Counted from the stretch's first letter, positions 48,177-58,556 are shown. The stretch: 63,009 nt of DNA from Verrucomicrobia subdivision 6 bacterium (GCA_947441075.1 CANESK010000001.1:1-63009), one strand, 5' to 3'. Notes: generated from the letters alone by a model not told the origin. Program-made: numbers and translations.

Positions 48177-49262
48177 ATGAACTCGTCCCCTCTACCGACT
48201 GAGCTGGAGCGCCTACCCAGCCTTCTTGAGCAGGAGATTCAGTCCTTTTTTTATCGTCAAAAAGAGCGTTACGAGTACGGGGATCTCTTTGAACCGATCT
48301 TTTTCGATATGTGTGAGTTTGTTGGGCGGAAAGGCAAAAGAATTCGGCCTCTACTTTTTCTTCTGACCTACCGTGCTTTGGGTGGGACAAAGGCAGTGGA
48401 TGATAAGTCGTTGGTGCAAGCGGCACTTTCCTTAGAGCTCCTACACGCTTTTGTTCTGGTGCATGACGATTTAATTGATCGATCGGAGAAGCGCCGTGGA
48501 CTGCCCACTTTCCATAAGTTGGTTGAACAGCGTCAGGGTCGTTTGAGTAATGCGGAGCGGACGGGACAAGGGGTGGCGCTGGTAGTGGGAGACCTTCTTT
48601 TCGCTTTGTCGGTTGAGGTCCTCCAGCAAAGCTCCTTTGCGGCGGAACCCAGGCAGAAGGCTTTGGGGAAACTCCTCTCCTACGTAACCGACACGGGGGT
48701 GGGAGAGATCTTTGATATTCTTCTCGGATCTCGGGATATCGGGCGAGTCAGTCGTGAGGATATTGAGCGGACTTACCTTTTAAAAACCACCCGATACACT
48801 TTCGAGGCCCCTTGCGTGATGGGAGCTATTTTGGCAGGTGCTTCAGCCGAAAAAGCAGAAGACTTGGCCAAGGTAATGGAGCCGCTGGGCCTCGCCTTCC
48901 AAATTCAGAACGACCTTTTGGAGTTTTCCCATTTCGATAGTAAAGATGCACTTCTGCCGACGGATTTACTCGAAGGCAAAAAGACTCTCCTGATTCGGGA
49001 GGCCTACGATCGTTTGGGCGAGGTGGACCGGTCCTTCTTGCAAATGTGTCTGCAGGCTTCTACGAGAAATGAGTCGTCGATTTCTAAAGTTCAAGATCTG
49101 CTTCGTAAATCGGGAGCGATTCAGGCGATGCAGGAACGTTGTGCCACTCTTTTTCAAGAAGCCAATCAGCACTTGGCCGAATCCCATCTTACGCTGGGGG
49201 AGCAGGAGTCGATTACGCAGGCGATTGGTTGGATTCGGCAGACGGTCCGGCTAGGGGGCTAG
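48177..49262 (+). CDS. crtE: Polyprenyl (likely geranylgeranyl) diphosphate synthase
   Basis: GKRIRP, LVHDDLID..RRG, KTTRY, AFQIQND and DLLEGK; adjacent to crtB. Confidence 0.82.
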   Translation: MNSSPLPTELERLPSLLEQEIQSFFYRQKERYEYGDLFEPIFFDMCEFVGRKGKRIRPLLFLLTYRALGGTKAVDDKSLVQAALSLELLHAFVLVHDDLIDRSEKRRGLPTFHKLVEQRQGRLSNAERTGQGVALVVGDLLFALSVEVLQQSSFAAEPRQKALGKLLSYVTDTGVGEIFDILLGSRDIGRVSREDIERTYLLKTTRYTFEAPCVMGAILAGASAEKAEDLAKVMEPLGLAFQIQNDLLEFSHFDSKDALLPTDLLEGKKTLLIREAYDRLGEVDRSFLQMCLQASTRNESSISKVQDLLRKSGAIQAMQERCATLFQEANQHLAESHLTLGEQESITQAIGWIRQTVRLGG

Positions 49263-49266
49263 TCGT

Positions 49267-50145
49267 TTGGGGCACTCCTTGTTGCCTTCCCTCTTAGTAT
49301 CTTATCGCGCGGCGCAAGCCATCACCCGGGAACACGCCCGGACTTTTTATTTTTCCTCGCACGTTTTGTCCGCTGAGGTGCGGGGCGATGCTTATGCGGT
49401 CTATGCCTGCTGTCGTTCGGTGGATGATGCGGTCGACGGAGCGGCGGTACGGGGCGAGGTGGTACGTCCTGAAGTTGCGGGGGAGATTTTAGGACGAGCT
49501 TTTGGGGAAGGTGGCACCAAGGCGGGGGAGGAGTGGATGCCTGCGTTTCGAAATACGGTGGAGCGGAAAAAGATTCAGCGGCGGTGGTTTGAGGATTTGG
49601 CCGTAGGTGTGGCTGGGGATGCCGGGCCAGTTGATCTACAGACATGGAAGGAGTTGGATCTCTACTGCTATCGAGTGGCCGGAACAGTTGGATTGATGAT
49701 GATGCGTGTTTTCGGATCGGAGAAGGAGGAAGCGGAACCGCGGGCGGTCGATTTAGGCAGAGGAATGCAGCTGACGAATATTTTGCGAGACGTGGCGGAA
49801 GATGCCCGAGCGGGTAGAATCTACCTGCCCGCCGAAGAGAGAGAGGAGTACGGGGTTCGTAGGGAGGATTTATTGGCGGGTCGTCCTTCGGGAAGGTGGG
49901 CGGAGTTTATGCGATTTCAAGTGGCCCGAGCTCGGGAGCAGTATGGTTTGGCAGAACCTGGAATTGCAATGTTGCCTGCGGGCGGGGGTCGATTATCGAC
50001 ATGGTTGATGAGAGAACTCTACGCGGGGATTCTCGATCCGATTGAGGCCTCGGAATATGACGTTTTTCATAAGAGGCACTCTCTTTCGATCGGGCAGAAG
50101 TTGGTTCGTGGGGCGCGTATGGTTCTGCGCCGTTGTTGGAGCTAA
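49267..50145 (+). CDS. crtB: Phytoene synthase
   Basis: TFY, YACCRSVDDAVD, YCYRVAGTVG and QLTNILRDV.ED...GRIYLP. Confidence 0.88.
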   Translation: MGHSLLPSLLVSYRAAQAITREHARTFYFSSHVLSAEVRGDAYAVYACCRSVDDAVDGAAVRGEVVRPEVAGEILGRAFGEGGTKAGEEWMPAFRNTVERKKIQRRWFEDLAVGVAGDAGPVDLQTWKELDLYCYRVAGTVGLMMMRVFGSEKEEAEPRAVDLGRGMQLTNILRDVAEDARAGRIYLPAEEREEYGVRREDLLAGRPSGRWAEFMRFQVARAREQYGLAEPGIAMLPAGGGRLSTWLMRELYAGILDPIEASEYDVFHKRHSLSIGQKLVRGARMVLRRCWS

Positions 50146-50175
50146 TCGAGGAAGAGCTCTCGAAGGTGGGTTCTT

Positions 50176-50892
50176 CTAGATGCCGTGGGCGATACGGGCG
50201 GCGATGAAGATGCCAGTCATAAGGGCCAGAGTGATGGCGGGTCGAGGGTCAGCTTTGGGAGCGGGCTCGGCATAGATTGGTGTAATCCAAGCCAACATGG
50301 CGCTAAAAATAAACCAGGAGAAGTAGTTCTGGGGTGGAACGATACTTTCCGCCCAGTGCCAGTATCCACGAATGGCGTAGGCGAACGGTTCCATTAAAAA
50401 ATCAAAGATCATGGAGAAAGCGCCTGTGGCAATGGCGATAGGTGCGCGGGAACCTCCCAACCAGTACTGGCTCAAGCTGAGGTTGGCTCCCGCGACCACG
50501 GAAAACCAAGCGAGGGGAATGGCGAGGGGGAGAACCCCACCCATCCGCGGTCCAAAGGCATCGGTGTACTGGTAGGATCCAAAGGGAATGCCACTTAATG
50601 TGCCGACCGTTTCGAGAAGCGCAGAGGAACCCAGGATGACCGCGGCACAAATGCGCGCTTTACGCAGGCCGAGGCGATCTACGGTGGAGAAATAGATGTG
50701 GCTAGCGGCCAGAAGCATGGAAATAAAATCTCCATAGCGTAGGCAAAGGGTAATGAAGGCACGAAGCGTCTCTGGGAGGGGGAGAGTTTCGGTCCAAGCG
50801 GGGGTGAGGCGAAAAGTCACCGCGAGTAAGCCGATACCTGCCCAGAGAAGAAAGAACTTCCAGAGCAACTCTCGGACGCGCGTTGGGATCAC
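50176..50892 (-). CDS. cruF: Carotenoid biosynthesis membrane protein (CruF-type 1,2-hydratase)
   Basis: E.VG..SGIPFGSYQY, PLAIPLAW, D...EP, YWHW and VPPQNYFSW; convergent on crtB. Confidence 0.8.
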   Translation of the reverse strand: MIPTRVRELLWKFFLLWAGIGLLAVTFRLTPAWTETLPLPETLRAFITLCLRYGDFISMLLAASHIYFSTVDRLGLRKARICAAVILGSSALLETVGTLSGIPFGSYQYTDAFGPRMGGVLPLAIPLAWFSVVAGANLSLSQYWLGGSRAPIAIATGAFSMIFDFLMEPFAYAIRGYWHWAESIVPPQNYFSWFIFSAMLAWITPIYAEPAPKADPRPAITLALMTGIFIAARIAHGI

Positions 50893-50973
50893 CCCTTGAG
50901 ATAACAGCAGGAAACCTTGGCCGACAAGTCTCGGCGACGTTGACTCGGGACCCTGCAGGAACGAAAAAAGAGT

Positions 50974-52527
50974 ATGTTGGGAATTCCTATGGCGGGCTGG
51001 TTTTGTGCAGGACTGACTGGGGTAGGGCTAACTCTTGGGTTTGCCCCTTTCCATCAACCCTTGGCAGGTTGGTTGGCCCTGATTCCTTTGGCCTACTACG
51101 GTCAAAAAACAAAGCCTTCGAAACGGGAAGCGCTGCTTTTGGGTTGGTTTGCTGGTGCGACACACTTTCTGACTACCTTTAGCTGGCTGATCACGGTAAC
51201 CACGGCGGGTTGGATCCTGCTTTGTTTGTACATGGCGATCTATCCCGCCCTCTGGTTTTTGCTTTGGGTGAGATTCTCTGGCGCTGATCCTGAGCAGATG
51301 AGCAGTGTAGGGAATATCTGGCAGGTAGTTTTAGGAGCGTCGGCTTGGGTTTTGACCGAGTGGCTTCGAGGGATTGTTTTTAGCGGGTTTGGTTGGAACG
51401 GGCTTGGAGTATCGCAGGGGAATCTCCTCCTCTTGGCCCAAATTGCTGATCTAGGTGGAGTCCCCTTAGTTTCGTGGGTGGTGGCTTTTGGGGGACTTAC
51501 GCTGACTTTAACGGCTCGCCGCTTTGAACTAGAAATTCGTGGATCCCAAAAATGGAAACCTCGCTGGGATTTTACGGCGGGAGTTTTCGTTCTGGGTATG
51601 ACGATGGTTTACGGGGCGAGGACAATGCTGCGTCCGCTCCCTCCAGGGGTTCACACCTTGACCTACGCCGCGATCCAACCTGCGGTGCCTCAAGATCCGT
51701 GGCGGTCGGCCAAGATTGAGAAGGTGGCTGGGGAGCTTATTCGCTGGTCGGAGATTGTTTTGGTGGGAAATGGTCCGATTGACCTACTGGTCTGGCCTGA
51801 GAGCTTGGCAGGAACAGGGTGGAGGGAAGAACCTGCTTTCCAGCAAGCGGTGCAGAAGGCGAGAAGATTGGGGGCGCGCTCTTTGTTGACGGGTTCCCTG
51901 GACGTTCGCGGGGCAGAAACATTTAACTCCGCGGTGCTTTTCACGGGTCCCGAAGGAAAGACACCAAGGGTCTATGATAAAACCCATCTCGTGATCATGG
52001 GCGAATATGTGCCATTGGTTAAAATATTCCCATGGATGCGTAAATTAGTTCCGCCTGGAGGGGATCTGACTGCGGGAAGCTCCGCACGAATTCTTGAGCT
52101 GGAACCGAGCGGGATTCGATTGGCCCCGCTGATCTGTTTTGAGGATTCCGTGGCAAGGGGAGTTCGCAGATCAGCGCAGGAAAATCCACATCTTTTGGTT
52201 AATCTAACCAACGATGCGTGGTTTGGTTCATCCTCGGGTGCGGAGCAGCATCTCGATAACGCTCGATTTCGGGCAATTGAAACTCGGTTACCACTTTTGC
52301 GGGCAACCAACGATGGGGTGACTGCGTTAATTAGTCCAAGGGGGGTTATCTTATCGGAGGTGTGGGATCCTGCGCTAAAATCGTATCGGGAACCTGGATT
52401 TATTTCAGGGGAGCTGGAGTTGGGCGGTTCGTCCTCAACAATTTATACTCGATGGGGTGATTGGACGGTGGGGGCATCGATGGGACTGGTCTTGCTGGGG
52501 TTGATTCGATTAAGGAACAAGGTCTGA
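50974..52527 (+). CDS. lnt: Apolipoprotein N-acyltransferase
   Basis: EWLRG..FSGFGWN, VWPES, YDKTHLV.MGEYVP, ICFED, NLTNDAWF and RAIE. Confidence 0.93.
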   Translation: MLGIPMAGWFCAGLTGVGLTLGFAPFHQPLAGWLALIPLAYYGQKTKPSKREALLLGWFAGATHFLTTFSWLITVTTAGWILLCLYMAIYPALWFLLWVRFSGADPEQMSSVGNIWQVVLGASAWVLTEWLRGIVFSGFGWNGLGVSQGNLLLLAQIADLGGVPLVSWVVAFGGLTLTLTARRFELEIRGSQKWKPRWDFTAGVFVLGMTMVYGARTMLRPLPPGVHTLTYAAIQPAVPQDPWRSAKIEKVAGELIRWSEIVLVGNGPIDLLVWPESLAGTGWREEPAFQQAVQKARRLGARSLLTGSLDVRGAETFNSAVLFTGPEGKTPRVYDKTHLVIMGEYVPLVKIFPWMRKLVPPGGDLTAGSSARILELEPSGIRLAPLICFEDSVARGVRRSAQENPHLLVNLTNDAWFGSSSGAEQHLDNARFRAIETRLPLLRATNDGVTALISPRGVILSEVWDPALKSYREPGFISGELELGGSSSTIYTRWGDWTVGASMGLVLLGLIRLRNKV

Positions 52528-52615
52528 TTCACGAAATCTTATGTGTATGAATTCTTGGGGTGCTTGCGGCCGTGGTCAGCTTGTCCCACGCGGGACTTTT
52601 CCTTATTAAGTTTAT

Positions 52616-55534
52616 TTAGGAAGCCAGCTCTTCGACGGTGGGGCAGGAGCAGACGAGGTTGCGATCGCCGTGAACGGAATCGATCCGGGAGACGGTAGGC
52701 CAGTACTTGGAGGTGCGGGTCCACGGAGCTGGGTAGGCCGCTTTTTCGCGACTGTAGGGACGATCCCAGGTGTCGGAGGTGACATCCGCTGCAGGGTGAG
52801 GGGCAAGTTTCAAGGGGTTGCGTGCACGATCCATTTTTCCTGTTTCAATTTCAGCGATCTCCTTGCGGATGGAGATCATGGCATCGACAAATCGATCCAA
52901 CTCCTCGCGGGATTCAGATTCGGTGGGTTCGATCATCAGGGTCCCGCCCACGGGCCAGGACATTGTCGGGGCATGAAAGCCGTAATCCATCAACCGTTTG
53001 GCGACATCCTCAACCTCGATCCCCGCGGAAGCTTTGAAAGGCCGGAAATCGAGGATGAATTCGTGGGCGACCCAGCCTCCTGCACCTCGGTAAAGAATGG
53101 GGAAGTGGTCGGAGAGGCGTTTCGCGAGGTAGTTGGCATTGAGGATGGCGACCTCGGTGCAACGGGCGAGTCCCTTGCCTCCCACCATAGCGAGGAACAT
53201 CCAAGGAATGACCAGAATGCTGGCACTGCCATAAGGAGCGGAAGCGACGGCTCCAACCTCATCTTTTTTTAGAGTCTGGTGAGGATGAGAAGGAAGGAAG
53301 GGGGCGAGATGGTTTGCCACAGCGATAGGGCCAACGCCCGGGCCGCCACCGCCGTGCGGAATGCAAAACGTTTTATGAAGATTGAGGTGGCAGGCATCGA
53401 TGCCAAATTCCCCGGGGCGACAGATGCCGACTAAGGCGTTGAGGTTGGCACCATCCATATAAACTTGGCCGCCCGCTTGGTGAACTTTTTTGCATATATC
53501 TCGGATAGCAGATTCGAAGACACCGTGGGTGGAGGGATAGGTGACCATGGCGGCGGCGACTCGCGGTCCGTGCTCTTTGAGTTTTGCGTCGAGGTCGGAA
53601 AGATCGACGTTCCCTTGCGAATCGCATGCGACCGGAACGACCCGAAAACCGACGAGGACAGCACTGGCCGGGTTTGTGCCGTGTGCGGAAACGGGAATGA
53701 GGCAGACATCGCGTGTTGTGTCTCCTCGGGATTGATGCCAAGCGCGGATCGAAAGAAGGCCTGCGTACTCTCCTTGGGAGCCCGCATTCGGCTGGAGGGA
53801 GACATGGGGCAGACCGGTGATTTCGCCTAGCCATGTTTCCAAATCGTGAATCATCCTGAGGTAGCCTGGGTTCTGATCGGCAGGGGCGTAGGGGTGAGGT
53901 TCCCCGACGGTCGACCAACCGAGAGGGGTGAGTTCGGAGGCAGCGTTGAGTTTCATGGTGCAGGATCCGAGGGGAACCATGGATTGTGCGGGAGTGAGGT
54001 CTTTGGCTGCGAGACGGCGAATGTAGCGGAGGAGGTCGTTTTCGTTTGCGTGAGAGGTGAAGATCGGATGGTGGAGAGCGGCGGAGCGTCGGGCGAGGGG
54101 AGTAGCGAGAATCGAAAATTCAGAGGAAGGAGGCGGAAGTTTTCCTGAGCCGAAAAAGGAGAGAAGTCGATCGACTTCGGCTTCGTCGGTCCGTTCGTCC
54201 AAAGTGATACCTAGATCCCCGTTAGGGAACTGGCGGAAGTTTGTCTGGGCTTGGGAGGCTTTGGTGAATGCGGTTTTCAGTGTGGCGGGCGAACCTTGGA
54301 TGTGGAGCGTGTCGAAATAGGTGGAGTGGGCGATTGAAAAGCCGAGGGTTTTGAGTCCAGCGGCGAGCCGTTGGGTGCGTTGATGGATACGGAGAGCGAT
54401 CTGGTGAAGGCCTTTGGGACCGTGGTGGACGGCGTACATCGAGGCGAGGGTGGCGAGGAGGGCTTGGGCGGTGCAGATGTTGCTGGTGGCGCGGTCCCGG
54501 CGGATATGTTGTTCGCGAGTTTGAAGAGATAGTCGGTAAGCGGTACGGCCTGCGGAATCTTTGGAGACACCGATCAGGCGACCAGGGAGGAGTCGTTGGT
54601 AGGCAAAGCGGGTGGCAAAATAGGCGGCGTGGGGTCCACCAAACCCGATCGGGATTCCAAATCGTTGAGTGGAGCCAACGGCGACATCGGCGCCCAGTTC
54701 ACCCGGGGGGGTAAAGAGGAAAAGGGAGAGAGGATCAGCCACGAGGATGGAGAGGGCGCCCGATTTTTTTAGTTGGGTGATGGAAGGGCTGGGATCGGCG
54801 AGACGACCGTTGCTTTCGGGATAAGCGAGAATCCCTGCAAAAAGATTGGAGGCGTCTTTTTCTGGGAAAGTTTCCGAGATGAGGATTTTCCAGCCGAGAG
54901 CTGCTGCGCGGGTCGAGATAACGGATGTGGTCGAGGGGTGTAGGCCTGGGGTCAACCAGAGAGTACGGCGATTTTTGTCGGTCATGGCGGCATGAGCGAG
55001 GGAGGCGGCTTCGGCGGCGGCCGTGCCCTCGTCCAAAAGGGAGGCATTGGCGATCTCCATTCCGGTGAGTTCGAGAACCATGGTTTGGTAGTTGAGGAGG
55101 GCTTCCAAGCGGCCTTGAGAGATTTCGGGTTGGTAAGGGGTGTAGGAGCTGTACCAACCAGGATCTTCGAGGATGGCGCGACGGAGGACAGGTGGGGTGA
55201 TGGTGCCGTGATATCCGAGGCCGATGAGGGAACGGAAGGATTTGTTTTGGGAGAGGATCTTTTCTAGATCCGCCAAGGCACGTGTTTCGGAGCGGGCGGG
55301 TGGGAGTTTGGGGGGTTGCTGGGAGGCAAGGCCCGCGGGAAGAGTTGCTTGGACAAGCTCCTCGAGGGAGGAAAGGCCGACAGTTTTGAGCATCTCCTTT
55401 TCGGTTACTTTATTGGGACCGAGGTGGCGGGAGAGAAAGGAGAGGTCGCCGTGATTCTGAGGTAAGGAAGGGGCAGGGTCCTTAGTGGGAAGGGTGGCGG
55501 TTTTTTTGGTCTTGGAAGAAGTGGCTACAGGCAC
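52616..55534 (-). CDS. gcvP: Glycine dehydrogenase (decarboxylating), P protein
   Basis: YTPYQPEISQGRLE, REQHIRR.ATSNICTAQ, PLGSCTMK and HLNLHKTF (PLP Lys). Confidence 0.97.
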   Translation of the reverse strand: MPVATSSKTKKTATLPTKDPAPSLPQNHGDLSFLSRHLGPNKVTEKEMLKTVGLSSLEELVQATLPAGLASQQPPKLPPARSETRALADLEKILSQNKSFRSLIGLGYHGTITPPVLRRAILEDPGWYSSYTPYQPEISQGRLEALLNYQTMVLELTGMEIANASLLDEGTAAAEAASLAHAAMTDKNRRTLWLTPGLHPSTTSVISTRAAALGWKILISETFPEKDASNLFAGILAYPESNGRLADPSPSITQLKKSGALSILVADPLSLFLFTPPGELGADVAVGSTQRFGIPIGFGGPHAAYFATRFAYQRLLPGRLIGVSKDSAGRTAYRLSLQTREQHIRRDRATSNICTAQALLATLASMYAVHHGPKGLHQIALRIHQRTQRLAAGLKTLGFSIAHSTYFDTLHIQGSPATLKTAFTKASQAQTNFRQFPNGDLGITLDERTDEAEVDRLLSFFGSGKLPPPSSEFSILATPLARRSAALHHPIFTSHANENDLLRYIRRLAAKDLTPAQSMVPLGSCTMKLNAASELTPLGWSTVGEPHPYAPADQNPGYLRMIHDLETWLGEITGLPHVSLQPNAGSQGEYAGLLSIRAWHQSRGDTTRDVCLIPVSAHGTNPASAVLVGFRVVPVACDSQGNVDLSDLDAKLKEHGPRVAAAMVTYPSTHGVFESAIRDICKKVHQAGGQVYMDGANLNALVGICRPGEFGIDACHLNLHKTFCIPHGGGGPGVGPIAVANHLAPFLPSHPHQTLKKDEVGAVASAPYGSASILVIPWMFLAMVGGKGLARCTEVAILNANYLAKRLSDHFPILYRGAGGWVAHEFILDFRPFKASAGIEVEDVAKRLMDYGFHAPTMSWPVGGTLMIEPTESESREELDRFVDAMISIRKEIAEIETGKMDRARNPLKLAPHPAADVTSDTWDRPYSREKAAYPAPWTRTSKYWPTVSRIDSVHGDRNLVCSCPTVEELAS

Positions 55535-55619
55535 CGCCTCAAAGTAGTGGAGAGCGAGGGGTGCGCAAGTCGTGGAGTAAAGTTGGTCAGAAGGGGATGG
55601 GAATAGTTAGTATATAGAG

Positions 55620-57923
55620 ATGCATCAGTATGCCGCTAAAAATTGCTGTGGGGGCAACGCCTGTGGGTTGGATGTGCTGGCCCATCAGCTGGCCGACTCA
55701 GGGGAGTTGCGGGGAGTTTCGGTTTCCTTTCACGAAGGGCGGATTGATTATGCGACGGCTGGCGAAGAGCGGGGGGAGAGGGAAGTTGTCGAGCTGGCCG
55801 ATGCGGTGCGCGCTTTGGGTGGGGGGAGTATCTGTCGTTGGTCGCCCCCCGATTCGCGCTGTGGGAAGTGCGGGCGTCTTTTAGAGGGAAAATGGGAAGA
55901 GGGTGTTTTCATCCGGAGGGACGGGGACAAAATTATTTTAGAAAGAGAAAGTTGTCCGACGGCTCCGAAGTTTTGGTTGTGGAAGATATTAGGGGGAGTG
56001 AAGTTAGAGGTGAGGCAACTTCCCTCTGTGGTGGGGGCGGGGAAAAAGTGGAAAGTTCCACTAGCCTTGGCGGTGGTTTGTGGGATGGCAGGTTTGTTGG
56101 GTTGGTGGGCGGAGGGATGGATTGGGAAACTCTTTTTTCTGGTGGCCTATTTAGCGGGGGGTTGGAAGACGGGGGAGGAGGTGGTGCATCGACTCAAGAC
56201 GGGGGTTTTAGATATTCATTTTCTGATGCTGGCGGTGGCGGCGGGCGCGGCGGCGGTGGGGCATTTGCAGGAGGGAGTCTTGTTGCTCTTTTTGTTTTCG
56301 CTGAGTGGGGCCTTGGAGGAGTTGGCGGCGTATCGAACGGAAAAGGAGTTGGCAGGATTATTTAAGGCGGCGCCGCGTGAAGCAGTTCGAGTTTTGCAGG
56401 ACGGTACGGAAGAGAGTGTGGCGGTGGAGACTCTGCAGGTTGGAATGAGAGTGCGGGTACGCCCTGGAGACGCTTTCCCTGTGGATGCGGAGGTGGTGGA
56501 GGGACGGACAAGTGCGGATGAATCGAGTCTGACGGGAGAATCGGTGGCGGTAGAGAAGGAGCTGGGATCAATGGTTTTGGCGGGAACATTAAATTTATGG
56601 GGTCGAGTGGACCTGCAGGTATTGCGACCCGCTAAGGAAAGTGCCTTAGAGGGAATCTTGCGATTGATCCGAGATGCGCAAGAGCAGAAGGCACCCGCCC
56701 AGCGTTTTACGGATCGGTTTGGGACTCGTTATACCCAAGCTATTTTGACTCTGAGTTTGGTTATGTTTCTGGTTTGGTGGGGATTGGCGGGATGGGCCCG
56801 AGGTGAAGCGGGGACGGCGTTTTATAAAACGATGACTCTACTGGTGGTGGCTTCGCCGTGTGCTTTAGTGCTTTCGATTCCTTCAGCGGTCTTGGCAGGC
56901 ATTGCGGCTGGGGCGAGGCGCGGGATTTTATTTCGGGGTGGGAGTCCGATTGAGCGATTGGGGTCGATTCAGCGAGTAGCCTTGGACAAGACAGGGACTT
57001 TAACGACGGGCGAGATGAAAGTGCGTGGGATCGAGGTCGAGGCGGGATGTACCGAGGAGCAGGTTTTACAGGGAGCGGCGGCCTTAGGGATGCAGTCGCT
57101 TCATCCTGTATCGGTGGCCATTGTTCGGGAAGCGAAGCGACGTGGATTTCCAGGGCTGACACTCGAGGAGTTTTCCTCGGCTACGGGCGGAGGATTACGT
57201 GGGAGAGTGAAGGGTGGAGTGGAGGCACGGCTAGGGCGGAGAAGTTTCTTGGAGAAGGCCGAATGGGTGGCGACCAAAGCGGCGCCGCTTGCTGGGTTAA
57301 CCGAAGTTCTTTATGAAGCGGGTCCTGTGCGGGGTCGGATATTATTGGAAGATGAGATTCGCACCAGTAGCCGGCCTTTGCTTCATTGGCTGGAAAAGCA
57401 GGGGCTGAAGGTAACCATGTTGACGGGTGACCGGGAGGCGGCGGCTCGATTGGTAGCGGAGCAGGTGGGCTTAAAAGATTTCCGCTATGGGTTGCATCCA
57501 GAAGAAAAGGTGGCGGCGATTCGGGAATGGAATGAACAGGGGGAGAAGGTTGCAATGGTGGGGGATGGGGTGAACGATGCACCGAGTTTGGCGATGGCAG
57601 AGATTGGGGTGGCGATGGGAGCGCGGGGGACGGGAGCAGCGCTTGCTCAGTCGGACATCATCCTGATGCGCGATCGATTGGAGAGTTTTGCGGAGGCTTT
57701 TGATTTAAGTCGGCGAACCCGAAGAATCATTACGCAAAACTTAGTGATTTCTCTAGGAACCGTGGCGGTCTTGGTGGTGGCGGCACTGGGTGCGGCGATC
57801 CCATTGACCGTAGGGGTAGCGGGTCATGAGGGGAGCACGGTGATCGTGGTGTTGAATAGCCTTCGGTTGTTGGCTCCGCGTCGTGGATTTGTCGGATTGC
57901 GTGGGTTGGGGGAGAAGGTGTAG
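55620..57923 (+). CDS. Heavy-metal P1B-type ATPase (SPC/HEGST, P1B-4-like)
   Basis: TGES, VASPCAL, DKTGTLT, HP, GDGVNDAP and HEGST. Confidence 0.92.
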   Translation: MHQYAAKNCCGGNACGLDVLAHQLADSGELRGVSVSFHEGRIDYATAGEERGEREVVELADAVRALGGGSICRWSPPDSRCGKCGRLLEGKWEEGVFIRRDGDKIILERESCPTAPKFWLWKILGGVKLEVRQLPSVVGAGKKWKVPLALAVVCGMAGLLGWWAEGWIGKLFFLVAYLAGGWKTGEEVVHRLKTGVLDIHFLMLAVAAGAAAVGHLQEGVLLLFLFSLSGALEELAAYRTEKELAGLFKAAPREAVRVLQDGTEESVAVETLQVGMRVRVRPGDAFPVDAEVVEGRTSADESSLTGESVAVEKELGSMVLAGTLNLWGRVDLQVLRPAKESALEGILRLIRDAQEQKAPAQRFTDRFGTRYTQAILTLSLVMFLVWWGLAGWARGEAGTAFYKTMTLLVVASPCALVLSIPSAVLAGIAAGARRGILFRGGSPIERLGSIQRVALDKTGTLTTGEMKVRGIEVEAGCTEEQVLQGAAALGMQSLHPVSVAIVREAKRRGFPGLTLEEFSSATGGGLRGRVKGGVEARLGRRSFLEKAEWVATKAAPLAGLTEVLYEAGPVRGRILLEDEIRTSSRPLLHWLEKQGLKVTMLTGDREAAARLVAEQVGLKDFRYGLHPEEKVAAIREWNEQGEKVAMVGDGVNDAPSLAMAEIGVAMGARGTGAALAQSDIILMRDRLESFAEAFDLSRRTRRIITQNLVISLGTVAVLVVAALGAAIPLTVGVAGHEGSTVIVVLNSLRLLAPRRGFVGLRGLGEKV

Positions 57924-57932
57924 GAATAAAGG

Positions 57933-58556
57933 ATGCGCTGGCGTGCCATTCTTCTCTTTGGGGCTCCCGGCTCTGGGAAAGGAACACAAGGTAAGGTTTT
58001 AGGAACGATTCCTGGCTTCTGTCACATTTCTTGTGGGGACGTTTTTCGCGGAATGGATTTGAGGACTCCAGTGGGGCAAGCTTTTTTGAAGTACTCGGGT
58101 GCGGGGAATTTGGTGCCTGATGATGTCACGGTGGATTTGTGGCGGCAGCACATGGATCATTTGGTGACCTTAGGGAAATTTAAGCCCGAGATTGATCATC
58201 TGGTTCTCGACGGGATTCCGCGCAATGATACTCAGGCCAAGCTCCTAAAAAAGGACCTCAAGGTGGAAGCGCTCTTTCATTTGGTCTGTCATGACCGATC
58301 TAAATTAGAGGAGCGCTTAAAGCGAAGGGCTTTGCGGGATAATCGGTTGGACGACGCCAGCGACAAAGTCATTCACGATCGATTGGCCACGTACGAAAAT
58401 GAAACAAAGCCGGTTTTGGAATTTTACGGTGAAAAGGTAGTCCACGAGGTTGATGCGGAGCAGTTCCCTTACGAAGTGGCGCGTGACATTCTGAGTCAGA
58501 TTGGAAGTCCGAAAGAGAAAATCGGCTCCCAGAATCTTACTGCGGCTGCTCTTTAG
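57933..58556 (+). CDS. adk: Adenylate kinase (short-LID form)
   Basis: GAPGSGKGTQ, LVPDD, LDGIPR and R.DD. Confidence 0.88.
   Translation: MRWRAILLFGAPGSGKGTQGKVLGTIPGFCHISCGDVFRGMDLRTPVGQAFLKYSGAGNLVPDDVTVDLWRQHMDHLVTLGKFKPEIDHLVLDGIPRNDTQAKLLKKDLKVEALFHLVCHDRSKLEERLKRRALRDNRLDDASDKVIHDRLATYENETKPVLEFYGEKVVHEVDAEQFPYEVARDILSQIGSPKEKIGSQNLTAAAL

Noticed and set aside
55535-55619. Glycine riboswitch upstream of gcvP
   Set aside because: Only 85 bp shared with a divergent promoter, and no aptamer consensus.
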